DNA of 59,573 nt, counting the filler, from Asterionella formosa (taxonomy: Eukaryota), in NCBI GenBank assembly GCA_002256025.1. It is 5 parts of 5 records of this genome, joined end to end, with 100 filler letters (N's around TTAATTAATTAA, not from the genome) between each part and the next. Parts side by side here need not be neighbours in the genome. Positions count along the whole stretch, not along the records: positions 11,948 to 23,786 come from NKIB01008132.1; positions 23,887 to 35,718 come from NKIB01008133.1; 3 more parts are not named here. The stretch is one strand, 5' to 3'. The notes under the pieces were generated by a model. It saw nothing but the letters and a program-made list of their open reading frames with translations, had not been told where the DNA came from and searched no databases. Made by a program: the position numbers and the translations under genes. The number at the start of each line of letters is the position of its first letter. Within the stretch, counting starts at the first letter, position 1. Below are positions 22,987-35,420 of this stretch, piece after piece.

Positions 22987-23702
22987 TTAGACATGATTGC
23001 CTTGGGTGTAGACCCAACCTGTTGAACCATGAATCCGGAACGAGCAAGATGAGAAAATCACATGCTGCAGGGTTCATGATTTTGACCATGTACCGGGTCC
23101 CCTGACTGGATACATACCAGGATTTTTGGGAGCCTGTCCAGGTCCCAATTTTTCCACCTCGCATTGTACACCAATGTACTAAATATTCAATAGGAACAAA
23201 AATTTGTCAGGAAGTCTTCTGAGAAACTAAAAATGATAATGAGTGTAGTACTTACATAGCAAACCTTTCCTTGGGCGTCACGTAATGGCGCAAGGAAGAA
23301 CTCGTTGACAAATGGAGTTCCATCTTTGCGGTAGTTAAGTAGGTTGATCGAGCCTTCTGTTTCCTTCTCAAGACAAGACCTTATGTGTGCAACATCATCA
23401 GGCGCGGTCCCCTCACCTTGAAGAAATCGGCAATTTCGTCCTTCAATTTCATTGTTGGCATAGCCAGTAAAGTTGCAAAAGCCTTGCGAGGCAAAGATAA
23501 TAGGCATGTCCATTTTGTTTGGATCACATATGCAAAAGCAAACGTCTTCATGACCTTTGGAGTTGAGCATGTCAATGATGACTGAGTCCTTTTCACAGAG
23601 TTCGTGAGCGGGAATGAATTGTCGGACCGATGATTTAGTGCCAGCAGGATCAGTGTGGGATACGCCCATGAGCAATTCCAACAAAGTGGATGCAATAGTC
23701 AT
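22987..23702 (-). CDS. Short stand-alone LOV-domain (blue-light, flavin-binding) protein, 179 aa; complement(join(22987..23018,23118..23178,23256..23702))
   Basis: DMPIIFASQGF...TGY...EGRNCRFLQG with the photoactive Cys, and LLNYRKDGTPFVNEFFLAPL. An intron at 23179-23255 (GTAAGT...TTTAG) restores YIGVQC with the conserved Gln. A second intron at 23019-23117 (GTATGT...AACAG) gives PKNPGWVYTQGNHV-stop. Confidence 0.88.
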
Positions 23703-23786
23703 GATCGGTTTGCTTAATGAATTGATCAAACTCTTTTGGTACGACAGATATTAGTTATTTGTCGACCGGAAGTAGACGTAGTTAGT

Positions 23787-23886
23787 NNNNNNNNNNNNNN
23801 NNNNNNNNNNNNNNNNNNNNNNNNNNNNNNTTAATTAATTAANNNNNNNNNNNNNNNNNNNNNNNNNNNNNNNNNNNNNNNNNNNN
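23787..23886. other. Artificial contig-join spacer
   Basis: N44-TTAATTAATTAA-N44. Confidence 0.95.
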
Positions 23887-24844
23887 ATGCCTTGATCATC
23901 CTAACGTATAGGACCTTGTTGTTCCCTTCATAAACAACATATTTTTCATAAGTCTTGGGGCTGAGTTCTGTCAACATATTGACAAGTAAACCTCTAATCT
24001 TCATAATGATTCGTTCCCCTTTTTCTTTCTCATCAATATCCACTTGCACAAATGCATTGGGTATATCTGCAGTCATAACATCGCGATTTTGCTTCGCATC
24101 AATTGCTGTTATCATAACAGATGCAGTCATGGTGGTTGGACTAGTAGCTGCTTCATCTCTTTCCATATATTCACGTTGCGAACTGCCATTGGCACATGCT
24201 CTGCCTTTAATGCTCTTGTCTCTCTTTTCAACCAAAAGAATTAGACTTTCCATTGCACGTCGCTTTTCGATATCGGTTAGGTCTTCAATCCTAATCGGTT
24301 CAAATACAACTCTATCATGTAGTTGTTTCATTTCTTTTTAGGCAGCGTCTCTCCCTTTCTGGCCAAATTTCTTGAGTCAATTCCTTAAGCTGTATGACTG
24401 AACAAAGTGAAATGCTTCTTTATCGATGCACATCTCATTCATATAACACATTATCTTTGCGATCACTTTCGCATTATCATTCATGTATTCTTCTCGACAG
24501 TGTGCTTGGGTATGCAAATGATTTTGGACCATAGTTAGTTTTGATGGTGGTCTTGAGACTCTTCCAGCCCTTGTAGTTCTAACATTTGGGTCTGTTTCAT
24601 TCTTAGTGCTTGGATTGACTTCTAACAATGCCTCTGCATTTTCAGTTTCATTTGCTGGCTCTTCATCCTCATCTTGGATTTCGTCTGAATTCATTTCAAT
24701 ATTATTCTGATTGTTGCCCTCAGGTTCAGGGTCATCCTCTTGAGTATTGTTGTTTAATTCGAGCTGTTCTGCTTCATATATTTCATCCGGAGTCATTTCA
24801 TCATAGTCTTCGTCTCCGATAATTTCATCATTGCTTTCGTTTTC

Positions 24845-24960
24845 ACTAGCGTCTTGATCTTCATAATCTTCATCGTGTGCATCTTCAAATGCTTCATTAT
24901 CACTAGCGTCTTGCTCTTCATAATCTTCATCATGTGCATCTTCAAATGCTTCATTATCAT
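24845..24960. repeat. 57-bp tandem duplication in the copia integrase-RT linker
   Basis: Encodes DNEAFEDAHDEDYE(E/D)QDAS twice. Confidence 0.85.
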
Positions 24961-25692
24961 AATCCACTCCTGCAATCCAAGCACTATCATAAAATAGTTG
25001 TCCCGTTCGATTTGATATCTTGAGACCATCTGACATATTTTCCTGCACAGCAAGGGCGTGTACTTGATTCATGATTGCTGGGGTAAGTGGTAGAGGAGTA
25101 ATTGTTTGTCTAGTGATCAATGAATTTGTAGGTAGGTGTAACAATTCATGACCTCCTTGCACGTTGTCATTGTAGCGTAGATAAATGCAATCTAGGCTGC
25201 GTGGTGCATTAGTGTTTGAAAACACAGGTTCTTCATGTGCTTGGACATAAGTGCCAAATGTATACTGGCAATGTCGAGCATAGTCCAGGTTTCGTTGATG
25301 TAAAATCATACGAGGACTGTAATACGGGGATATCCCGTTCTTTGCCGGAAAGAAATTCAGTTTCTTTGCAGATTTTGTCACTAGAATCTTAATCATCAGT
25401 CGTGGCAAATGTTTGAAAGGTAACCGATGATAAGCTGCGCGCACGCGTTCTTTAATCACTCGATTATTTCGCTCCGCTTCGGGAACATGTTCTTGTGGGT
25501 TTGCGTAGTTCATAGTGACTTGAAATTCATTGGAAATTTGTTCCATCAAAGGTCGAAACTCGTTGTCACAGTGGATTGTTGTAATTTTAAATCCTCCGGT
25601 ATTATAAACACGGAATACTTAAATCAAAGCATCTCGATAGACTTCAGCTGTCTGATTCTTGACCCATTGCGCTGTCCTATACATAATGTTTC

Positions 25693-25874
25693 GAGAAATT
25701 GTTGTGAGAAATGATTGTCCATTGACTTTCATTCCATCCATGCATAGAGTCACTTCGTGTTGAGCTTGAATAAGCTCCTTAGGAGAAATTGTTGTGAGAA
25801 ATGATTGTCCATTGACTTTCATTCCATCCATGCATAGAGTCACTTCGTGTTGAGCTTGAATAAGCTCCTTAGGA
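25693..25874. repeat. 90-bp in-frame tandem duplication in the copia integrase
   Basis: PKELIQAQHEVTLCMDGMKVNGQSFLTTIS is encoded twice; GAGAAATTGTTG occurs at 25693 and 25783. Confidence 0.9.
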
Positions 25875-28073
25875 ATCTCGATGTAGTCGTTCACGACTGG
25901 CAGCGGCTTGCGACGAGTTGTCTTGCCTTTTAGTGTTCCGATGTCAGGTCCAAAACTTTTCTCTGCAATTTTGATATCATCGGTAGTCACTGGATTATTG
26001 TTGATCGTATTCATACGAATTATTGCCTTGAAGTCATTAATTGATGGCGTACCCAAGGCATGAAATAAATCACGAGCTCGCTTGGCTCTTTCAAATTGAC
26101 GCTCAGTGTAAAATGCTTTGTTTTCTTCAACCGTATTGAACATTTGAGCATTTTCCGCTTTAATTTTTGTAGTAGGCTTGAAAACATATAAGTTAATCCC
26201 AATTCTTTTGAATCGAACTGGCTTGTCAGGCAAATGAACAATGAATGCATCTTCTTTCTCAGAGTTGTAGGTAATTCTGTACCTATCTGCCATTTCGGCA
26301 TAACTGAAGATGTTGGTGATTGCCTTTTCGTTAAACCATACTTCTCCCCATTGTGGAAGATCAGCCTTCATATTTGTGACCATGGATCCACCATTTGTGG
26401 CCAGGTGCATGCTTCCGTTGGTTGACATTCGAATGTTTTCAACTATTTTTGGATTGCAAAAGACTGTGACACTTGATTGATTATCCAATAGTATCCAGTC
26501 ACGCATCTCAGATGCTTGGTAAAATTGTAGTTTCATATGAGCTCCCGCCCATCCAAATTGATTGACATTTGCTTGTTGTGAAGCTTGTGACGACGGTGGG
26601 TTGTTGGAATTAACAGAGGTAACTGTACTCGTGTCAGATGTATTAGCCTGTGCATGTGCATGGCTTTGGGCCTTGTTAATTGCCCATTCCTCTTTGGGTT
26701 TATTCTTGTCTCGGCACGAAGGAGATTTGTGACCTGCTTTTCCACAGCAGTAACATTTTCCTTCTAACTGTGCAAACGATAAGTTCACATCTTCGTCTTC
26801 CTTGCCTGCATCCTTTTGTTCTCTCTCTTTATTATTATCTCCTGGTTTCTTGTAGTTGGATTTATTTGTTATGTCAAACCAATGGTTGCTTAGAACATTA
26901 TTTGAGTCAGTAATGGTCTTCGAGTATTGATCGTTGCCGAGTGATTGTTGAGTGTTCAGCCCGGTCATAATTGATCCGTATTTGGCCTTGTCGGCATTAT
27001 CGAGATATAAATATGCCATAAATTGACTGGATGCTTGTTCACGAAATTTATCTCTTTGCTTGATGTCGGTCTCGTTGTATCCATCCATGGCTTCAACGAA
27101 CTTGGTGAGGATAATGGGTCCTCCCATGTGTGACTTGAGCACATCTCGTGCCACACGAAATCTCTTGGTGTAGTCTTGTAGACTTTCTCCTTCTTTCTGC
27201 TTTGTAAATAAAAGCGTTCTCATCGCATCTAAAATGATCGACATTGAATATCGATATTCTTGAAAATTTAGTGCGGTTCTTTAATTGCCATAAGCAATTT
27301 TATTGGGTTATTTTCGATCCTATTGTAATCGGATCTCGCCTCAATTTTGTTCTTCATGGCTTTGTTGCATCTTTCCCAGAGCAATGCATATGCCTTGGTA
27401 TTATTATTTTCGTAGGCCTGTACCCTTTTACTGTACTAGGTGTTATAATCGGCCTTGAACTCAATCTCATATTGTCGATTCTCTGCAGTGCGATCTTCTT
27501 CTGTTGTTGCAATACTCACTTGCATTCTTGGCTTCCATACCAATGTGTTGATTGGTTCTAATGACTTAAGCGCGATTCCAATGTTGCTGCCATAATCAAA
27601 TACTTTCTTGATGTAGTTTATGAGATAATCCGTAGTATTCTCATAGTCGGATGCCTGCTTTGCTGATCCGAGGTAATAGCTGTAGTCATTGATTGACTTC
27701 TTGATGGAGTGAGAAGCAATATTGCTTCCTCCCTTGGCTTGAACCTTGCCCTTGGCTTGAGCCTTCTTGGTGAACTTTCCTTTGCCACTCATGATGCGCC
27801 TTGTGCGACTTCTTCAGACTCTGGATGGTCTGGTACCCTCAGATCTTGTCTCCGGACTCTCAACGGTCCAACCTTTTGTTGATTGTGATATCACGGCTCT
27901 TCCTGGCCGGCTAATTCTATTAAAATTGTTGAAATTGCGTCCCGAAGCACTCTATGCTTTCTTGTATCCTGTAAGGACACGTCAGGGACCAAATAGGCTG
28001 TAGATATGAACAACGATGTCCGTAATCGATTGTAATCGTTCCTAAGAGTTTTAATAGAATTATGGGTTTTTAC

Positions 28074-28191
28074 TGTTGGCGTAGATTGTTTTCAAATTCT
28101 CTGGTACCATATTCTTTCTTGATTCATTCGATTCAACATGTAGTCGGTAATTTATACCGGGATTTTCTTACCTAAAATAATTTCTCCAACA
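28074..28191 (-). repeat. 5' LTR (118 bp) of the copia element
   Basis: The minus strand begins TGTTGG and ends CCAACA (perfect 6-bp inverted termini) and contains a TATAAA box. It starts exactly where the tyrosine-recombinase reading frame loses similarity (…TKSLQV|). Confidence 0.8.
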
Positions 28192-28746
28192 GACTTGGAG
28201 TGATTTGGTGTGGCGTTCTCTGTTGATCGTCAGGTATTCGCAGGAGCGCATTGCGAAGAAAAAGCCATCAAAGGCTAGGATGGCTAGAGGACCCAGGCAA
28301 GCATCAACCGGTGTAGCTTGGTGAAAATACAATTTTAAAATAAAGGCAATTATTAACGCCCGCTGGTGTTTAACGGCTGGATCGGTATGTCTGTAGGCCG
28401 ACAGCTGGAGGCGTAAAATTTGGTGAGTTTTGCCGTGTATGTTGATAGTGGGGTCGGGTCGGTCATGCTCCACAAAGGTCGCCGAAAGAGATGCGATGGT
28501 ATCGCGGACTGTTGCCGATGCCAGAGGAGTGTCTCGATGTGCGCTGAACTCGGCTTGCCGGATGGCGTGCGCGAAGGCTCCGATGAGTCAGGTGCGGTGT
28601 TCCAGGGAGAGGTGGACAAGGAAAGGGTCAGTGGCAGCACAGAATCCGATGGATCCCAGAAATTCTTTCCAAATGCGGAAGACGCGAGTGTACTTCGCTT
28701 TGGTATTAGTTTGAAGCCCTTGGGAGCGCGCTCTCTCTGCGTCCAT
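28192..28746 (-). pseudogene. Tyrosine recombinase, N-terminal half
   Basis: MDAERARSQGLQTNTKAKYTRVFRIWKEFL...ATVRDTIASLSATF.EHDRPDP...YRHTDP...GFFFAMRSCEYL, including the first catalytic Arg. In-frame TGA at 28588-28590. Interrupted by the copia LTR. Confidence 0.82.
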
Positions 28747-31210
28747 AAGGTAAGTCTAGAGGCGATTTCGGTGGGAATCGGCGAGATGTCGAAATTCGGG
28801 GGAATCTGATGGGCAGCAGAGGATTGGAGGAGGTGTGTTAGTTGAAGCAGCGAAAGGTGGTGATCGCGTGAAAGGGAGTCGGCGATGATGTTGTCTTCTC
28901 CCGGGATCCAGTGACTGAAGCTACAGGCTTGTGTTGTGTCCAGTATGTCGGCGAGCCATCGTGAGATGGCAAGGTGGGTCGATTTTTCGTGTCCCTGGAA
29001 CCTGGCTCCGCCGCGATGGAGCCAATAATCTGCCGTGGAGCTGTCGAGTTGAGAGAGAATACAAGCATCGGGTGGAATGTTCCCTGCCGCAGCCTCCATC
29101 GCGATGGTAGTGATTGATGCGAGATATTCTAGGAGGTTCAGGGACAATTTTCCGCGGTCAGCCATCGGGATTTCCCACCTCCAGGCTCGGCCGGTCGTCA
29201 GGGAGAAACCGCCTATGCCGTGTTGGCATGCGTCGGCTCGGAGGAAAATTGTGGGGACGCAAAGAGTCAGCCTGTTGAGGCTAATGCCTTGTCGGGCGCT
29301 GCGGAGGAAACCAATCCATTGCCGCAGTTCATCCGTTTGTAACTTGTTTAAAATCACGCTCTTGCCGCTGGCGCAGTGCTCGACGTTCCGCTTGTCGTAG
29401 GTGACACAAAAAGGCTCGGGCTGTTGGAATGACATAGGAGGCGTGATTCAGTCTGCCAATTGTTGTGGCTAAAATTTCACAATCAACTGAGTGTAGCTGC
29501 AGGATTCGGTCTATTTCTGCATTCCAGGATTTGAGTTTTTCCTGTGGCAAGCGCAGCCGAAGGGTGCGTGTGTTGACCTCCCACCCCAGAATCATCTTGG
29601 ATTCTTCAGGGGAACCTTCGGCTAACATCTTGTCAAATGCTAGAAGGTCATCGCGTTGAAGGGGGGGGTTCGGTGTCTGCAATCGGGCGACCCAGTAGGT
29701 GTAGCGTAAGTAGTGTAATTCGGGAACCCTTCCATATTGGTGTAGGTAGGTCGAGAAAGCAGGCGAAAAGGTCGTCTAGGTAGCAGTTGGTGAATGGTTC
29801 GAGGTCGGGGTAGGTCGAAACAAGTGCGGGTTGACAGGGCGATTTGCTGCTGAGATAGCATGGTTTCCTAACATATTTGTGTTGGTGTGGGGATTCCAAG
29901 GTAGGAGTGGAATCCGGATTCCATGAGGTGTCACGTGTGATGAGGTTGCACGTGTCACAGGCGATTTCGGATACGTCGCTCCACATGCTTGGGTTTGGTG
30001 CTCCGCCGAACGTCATGCGTAGTGCGAGCAGGGCAATGTCATCGATAATGACAATCGCTTGTGAGGCTGTGGTACCGGATGTATGTAGGCGACGATATGC
30101 AGCTTTGATGTCAAATTTTGTCATTAGAATGCGAGTGTCTGGATTGATTTGTCGTAGTTCCACAATGTAGTGGATAAATCGCCGCAGAGCTGTGCCATAG
30201 CGACATGGTGTCAGTCTGTCGAATATCACTCGTGAGTTCACTGATGTCCCTTTCGAGAACTCAAATGACTGGTCATGTGTCAATCGGTCTTTGGGGATTA
30301 TTTCTCCATGCTTGTTTATTGTAGCTTGCGTCACTATGCCCATCGGAGCAACGACTGCATTGGGGAGTAAGTGAATTTTTTCGGGAGGTAGTGGTAGTTG
30401 CCAACCGCGTTCAACTTCTTTGATCAGCAGCTTCGTGACCATGTCACTTTTCGATTTCGCAGAGGAGTGATTGCCACGCGACATTGCCAAGGCCAGGTCA
30501 GTGAGTCGTTGCTCTTCCGTGAGTGGCGACAACGGGAATTCGACACCTTTCGTAAGTAGCATAGCGAAGCGTGACCAGAGCGGGTGGTAGGACAGGAGGG
30601 GTTGTAGTAGGTGTAGGTCTCTGAATTCCGATCCGATACTGAGTGGGGACCGTGCTTGACTGGTAATTGCCTGTTGGATGTCGAGGTCAAATTGTGCTAG
30701 GATTTCCTAGTTGTGAACGGCTGCCTCATGACTCCATGCAAAACGGAAAGCCGGTGCATGCATGGTAGGTGAGCGTGTTTCCATGATGCGCTGAATGCAT
30801 GCTAGTATGCGTGTGATGTCTGTATGTGTTTCCCCATCACTGGCCTGGTCTGCTGGATTTGATGCGGGGAGTGGTTCTAGGAGTTCCTCATACCGAGGGG
30901 TGTCACCGGCTAAGTACTCTGTCGGAGCAACAATAGGGGTGTCCGTGCTAATATTTTCGACGTCACGATGTCCTTGGATGCAATAGTGTGTGTCGATGTA
31001 CGATAGTGACTTACCCATTGAATGTTGAATTTGTTCGTGCTGTGGGATTGGGTTATGTAGTGGTGGTGGATATGGCGGGGTTTTTGTGAAGGTTGATGAA
31101 GGTAGTAAGGGCGGTAGATTTGGTTGCGTGATGCGAGGCGTGGAAGCAATTTGGTTTTCTATGCGCGCAAAAATTTTTGAGCTTGATGTGGGAAGTAATG
31201 ATTGAGACAT
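28353..31210 (-). pseudogene. DIRS-type reverse transcriptase-RNase H polyprotein, disrupted
   Basis: RT: KDRLTHDQSF, KFDIKAAYRR, LRMTFGGAPNPSMW, YLDDLF, ILGWEVNT, IGRLNH. RNase H: RADACQHGIGG, NLLEYLA, DSSTA, WIPGEDNIIADSLSR. Lesions: in-frame TAG at 30707, a frameshift at the G8 run 29661-29668 and another near 29380. Confidence 0.88.
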
Positions 31211-33938
31211 ATTGGCAACAATACGAATATTTGTTGCATCGACAATGGTTAGTGCTGGAATGGAGAATGCTGTGCGAGCTACGAGTGATGACGAGGAACC
31301 GCAGTAGGCTGTTAATTGCTTCGAAATAGAATCATTTACAGTTACTCGGGCCTGCCCTAGTCAGTGTTGCGGATTCGAGTTGCGGATTGCCGGGGATAAG
31401 TCGCGAATTGCCTCGTTGAAAAATTTCGCAAAGGCTTTCTTGTTTTCCCCTGTTAACTGAACGTGTGCATCTTTCCGTTTGCAGTTGTCGATGCAGATCC
31501 CCGAAATCTGCCAGCGACAGCAGTTGGTGGCGCCGTTGACCTTTGGTGCTCGACAGAGGACCGAAGCTGGGAATGCGTACCTGTAAAATACCCCTGGTGG
31601 TAGACGGAAAAGGATGCATGTCTGCTTGAGAGTTTGTCACAGCCCGTCCGCGGGTGAAAGTATTGCTAGGGTTGAGTTGGTCCTGCTGGTATCCTTGCCT
31701 CGTGTTGTTGCTGTGAGTGTATCTGCACAAGGTGATTGATTTCCGTGGTCTTCACAGTGGTGGCGGTGAGGTGCAAAGTACTGAGTTGGTCAGACGTGGT
31801 TGCGTTGTCGTGAAGTGCCTCGGGATTTGGGATGGTGGTTGTGATGGCGGCGAGAACCTGTTAGGCGTCGAAGACCACTGGTTGGGCGATTGATCCTAGT
31901 CCGAGCAGAGCGACATAGGTTGTTTCTGACGTCTGCAAATAAAATGTATCATGCATATAGGATCAAGGGTATCGTACGCTAGCTAAGTGGCAAAGGATTT
32001 TCGTATATATATGATAATTTTTGGATCAAAAATATGATCAAGGTATCTTGTATCTATGATGATTTACTAATATGTTACCGACCTTGAAGTATAATGATAA
32101 TAGGAGCATTATCATCACACAATGTATATAAACTGATCAACAACATTTCTCGTCAATATCATAAACCTTCTCATATTATTTTCACTTCTCGTGATCGCCC
32201 GATGCAAATTATAACTACAATGCATCCTAAAATCAGCTAAACTATATGCTAGTATCATCATTTGAATTGTTTCATCGTATATCTATCTTAATCATGATCA
32301 TATTTCTAATTACAAGGATTGTTAAAAAAGGATTGGAACAGATCTTAATTTAACTATCAAATTTAGCATTGCTATCTATGATTTTACAGGCCAGCGACCC
32401 GACGTCTCTCTCTACTTGGCTCAATGTATATTGTTCCTGTCTCGCGCTTTCCTTCCTCTATTCTGAATCATGTGTGAGGCAGTGCCAACTAATGGTTGCG
32501 ACTCTTTTCCTGCTGTTAGTGTCACTCTGAACTCGCCGACTATTCTGTTGTTTGATTGTTTTTATTGTCCTATGCATGCAGTTACAGTTACAATGAGAAG
32601 GAATGATTTGTTAGCTAGTCATGTTACATTGACACAAGAACACGCAATTCCATCGTATCCTCTTGCTTCACTTACCACAAATCAATGCAACTGATGCATA
32701 AGTCTGTTATAGTAACTTGTCAGTAAGCCAAATTCTTGAATAAGTAAGTTTCGGGTATCCAATGTTGTCGAATAAAACTTACCAGTTCATTTTTGTCAGC
32801 TTAAATTTGAGAGAAGGTAAACGTTTTGTCAGTTTTGTTCCAACAGAAGTGAATAGGTCCAACGAGCGACAAGAGAACTTACGCAATTTGGTTTTGTTTT
32901 ACATTGGTGCTCCCCGACAAGCGAAACGAGCTGTTGAATCAACTGAGAAAAAAGGAAATGTGGCTGCGTTTAGTTAACAATTTGTTGTTGTGCTGCCTGC
33001 CTCCCAACGATTGTCATCCAAGTACCACATTGATGGCTTCATTACCTTAAACATTCTCCATCCTTCGAATGCGCAATGTGTCGAAGCCACAATGTTTTCC
33101 GTTATGTATTGCGAAAAGTTTCTTTTCTTGTCATGTGCTTTACTACGACATATCTTTTCATGAAGCAGCAGGCATTGTTTGTTAACATGACAGAACGATA
33201 TCAAAAATATATATGCCATGAATATAGTAATAAAATTTGTAAATATATATAGTTATATATACATTTATAAAATTCCAAGGCGCTCTCGATATGGAACATC
33301 TGATATGGTTGAGATGATCATACTTGCATATACATAATTCGAAAATACTCAATGCACTATATGTCCATTGTTTTCCACGACTACGTGTACCGGAATTGTT
33401 TCTGAAATTTGTTTGCATCGATATTTTCTACGTCCGTTGAAACTAATTATTTAGACCATTCAATTGCCGCAAGGGTTTTGGTAGCAAATTGTTTAAGCCC
33501 CTTTTGTGGGCAGGAGCTCTTCATGTGTACCGGTACATCATATGACAATAACAATATATGATATATATACACAGAGTACGACCAGTAGCAGGTAGTAAGT
33601 GATATACTGGGGGTAGTCGGAGTAGTACCGGTAAACTAGGAACAGAACACCATATGTTCAGGACTGTTGCTACTGCAGTGGGACAGTAAATCATCATAGT
33701 ATCAGGATTGTATAATCGTATAATTGAAAACAAGATATGCTATTACTCAAACTCGGTTCTGATTTTGTATATGATAATGTAAATAGCACCATTTGTCATG
33801 TGGTACTATCATCATATCTAGACAGCGTAAAATATTATTTGTAGTGGCTGATGATTCATTTCATTGTAACTAGCAACACCTGAATTTAAGATCATCGAAC
33901 TTTAAGGAAGACAACGACAACAGTTATCTAGTAGTACA

Positions 33939-35330
33939 ATGTCTTCAAGAAACCATAAAGAGGTTCATGGAAACAAGCGACATGTGGCAAATACTGCCGG
34001 TAAGGAACAAAGAAGCAAGTTCCAAAATGAGTTAACAGGCGATTATCCAACGCAACCCAATTGGCGATTGGGAGATGTTGGGGGTAATACCCCACCGTCG
34101 ATGGGACACCATCAGCTACTAGAACAAAGGATCCCGTAATTGGCTGATACTGACAGCGATGATGACGTTTCTACTTCATATATTGATACAAGAAAAATGG
34201 CTCCTGTCGATGATACCATTAAAAACTCCCGGATGCAGATGGATGACATGGAACCAAGACAAATTGAAACGACCCAGTAAGCGTGTCAACGGACAATTAC
34301 ATCGATTAAAGCATGACATTTTAACAAGGTCATATGAAACAAGGCAGTTTGCCTTGGCACGAAAAATTGTTTTTGTAAGTGATTCATTACATACAGAAAA
34401 CAAACAAAAGAAGATGAGTAAAGTAAACATCAATGTAACTGAGGGTATTTCAACAGAAATTGATTTCGAAGGAATGATTCCGAATACAATGATGTTGCCT
34501 AGTAGTAGGTCGCCTGAAAATTTGGGAATATCGCCTACCAAGATCCATTCACCAGCCCTTCCTGTTAAAGTTCAATTTTCTGCTTCATCATCAAATGGTC
34601 TATGGACTATAGCAGGTGTCCCTAATAAGATTGGGCATGTATCACGGAGTAAGGATGCACCCTTGTCTCAATTGGTTCATCCTGATTTACCGAACAAGGG
34701 GGCCAACTATGTAAAGAGCATAGCGAATTCAGCAATAGAAATAGCAAGAATTAAAAGTCTTGAAGATGGGGTTGGGCCTGTTTCCATTGTAAGGATTGAC
34801 TTTTATTATCATGTTAAAATTGAAAGTTACGTTCCCGGCCAAACTACTATTTTCAGATGCCATCCGAAATGGAATAATGATTCAAAGGCAGGAATCTCTG
34901 GTCGTGAATGGTTTGACTGGGTCGAAGTGAACTCGGATAAGGGAGATGGATCAAGTTCCTTCACAGTTCCTGCAAAACTACTTCTTTGGGGAAATGTTAT
35001 TTTCTCCAACACATCAACCATTTTCTTAGCCTGTATTCGTTCCTTGAAAGTTCAACTGAAATGAAAATTCATAAACATATGTTTTTTGCAAGAGGAGACA
35101 CATTATGCAATGATACAACTGAATTGAGCGTTGTTGAATTTCATAACATGATACTTTCGGCAGCATTTGTTGTTCCTGCTTTGAAACCACAGGAATCAAG
35201 GAAATCTCTGAAACACACCGCAAGAAGTTTTGGAACAGATACGGAAAGATAATTTTTATGTTGTAATGCCTCCACGTAATTTATGGAAATCAATCAGGTT
35301 GGACCAAAAACTAACAAGCAAACGTTGATA
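33939..35330 (+). mobile_element. Decayed DNA-transposon ORF, probably the C-terminal part of a Plavaka/CACTA-related transposase
   Basis: LKRPSKRVNG...RSYE and IFRCHPKW...GREWFDWVEV...VPAKLLLW resemble the C-terminal region of Plavaka-type transposases. The region is fragmented over several frames in AT-rich DNA. Confidence 0.45.
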
Positions 35331-35420
35331 AATATATAAGAATAATATAAATGATAATGGTAACAATATAGTTTCACATACTAAATTGGTTATTATGAGG
35401 TTTTCACAAACTACAATTTC

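Larger units (their letters stand above)
23887..28191 (-). mobile_element. Ty1/copia LTR retrotransposon (CoDi-like), 5' two-thirds, disrupted, cut by the contig end inside RT
   Basis: Domain order: gag (27792 onward), zinc knuckle CYCCGKAGHKSPSC, protease WILLDNQS, integrase (HCDNEF, EHVPEAERNNRVIKER), RT start (IKGRACANGS, SPT, TADIPNAFVQ). Integrase before RT indicates copia. Several stops and frameshifts. The 5' LTR is at 28074-28191. Confidence 0.93.
28192..31928 (-). mobile_element. Tyrosine-recombinase (DIRS/Ngaro-like) retrotransposon, decayed, truncated at both ends
   Basis: GC-richer block carrying a gag-like region, RT, RNase H and an overlapping tyrosine recombinase frame. No DDE integrase or protease. 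Confidence 0.88.

Noticed and set aside
23187..23729. Calling the LOV ORF an aureochrome or phototropin
   Set aside because: No bZIP, second LOV or kinase domain is present, and an in-frame stop lies upstream.
30707..30709. In-frame TAG in the DIRS pol frame (also TAG at 27436 in copia gag and TGA at 28588) as programmed readthrough
   Set aside because: The same elements carry other frameshifts and stops, so ordinary decay is the simpler explanation.
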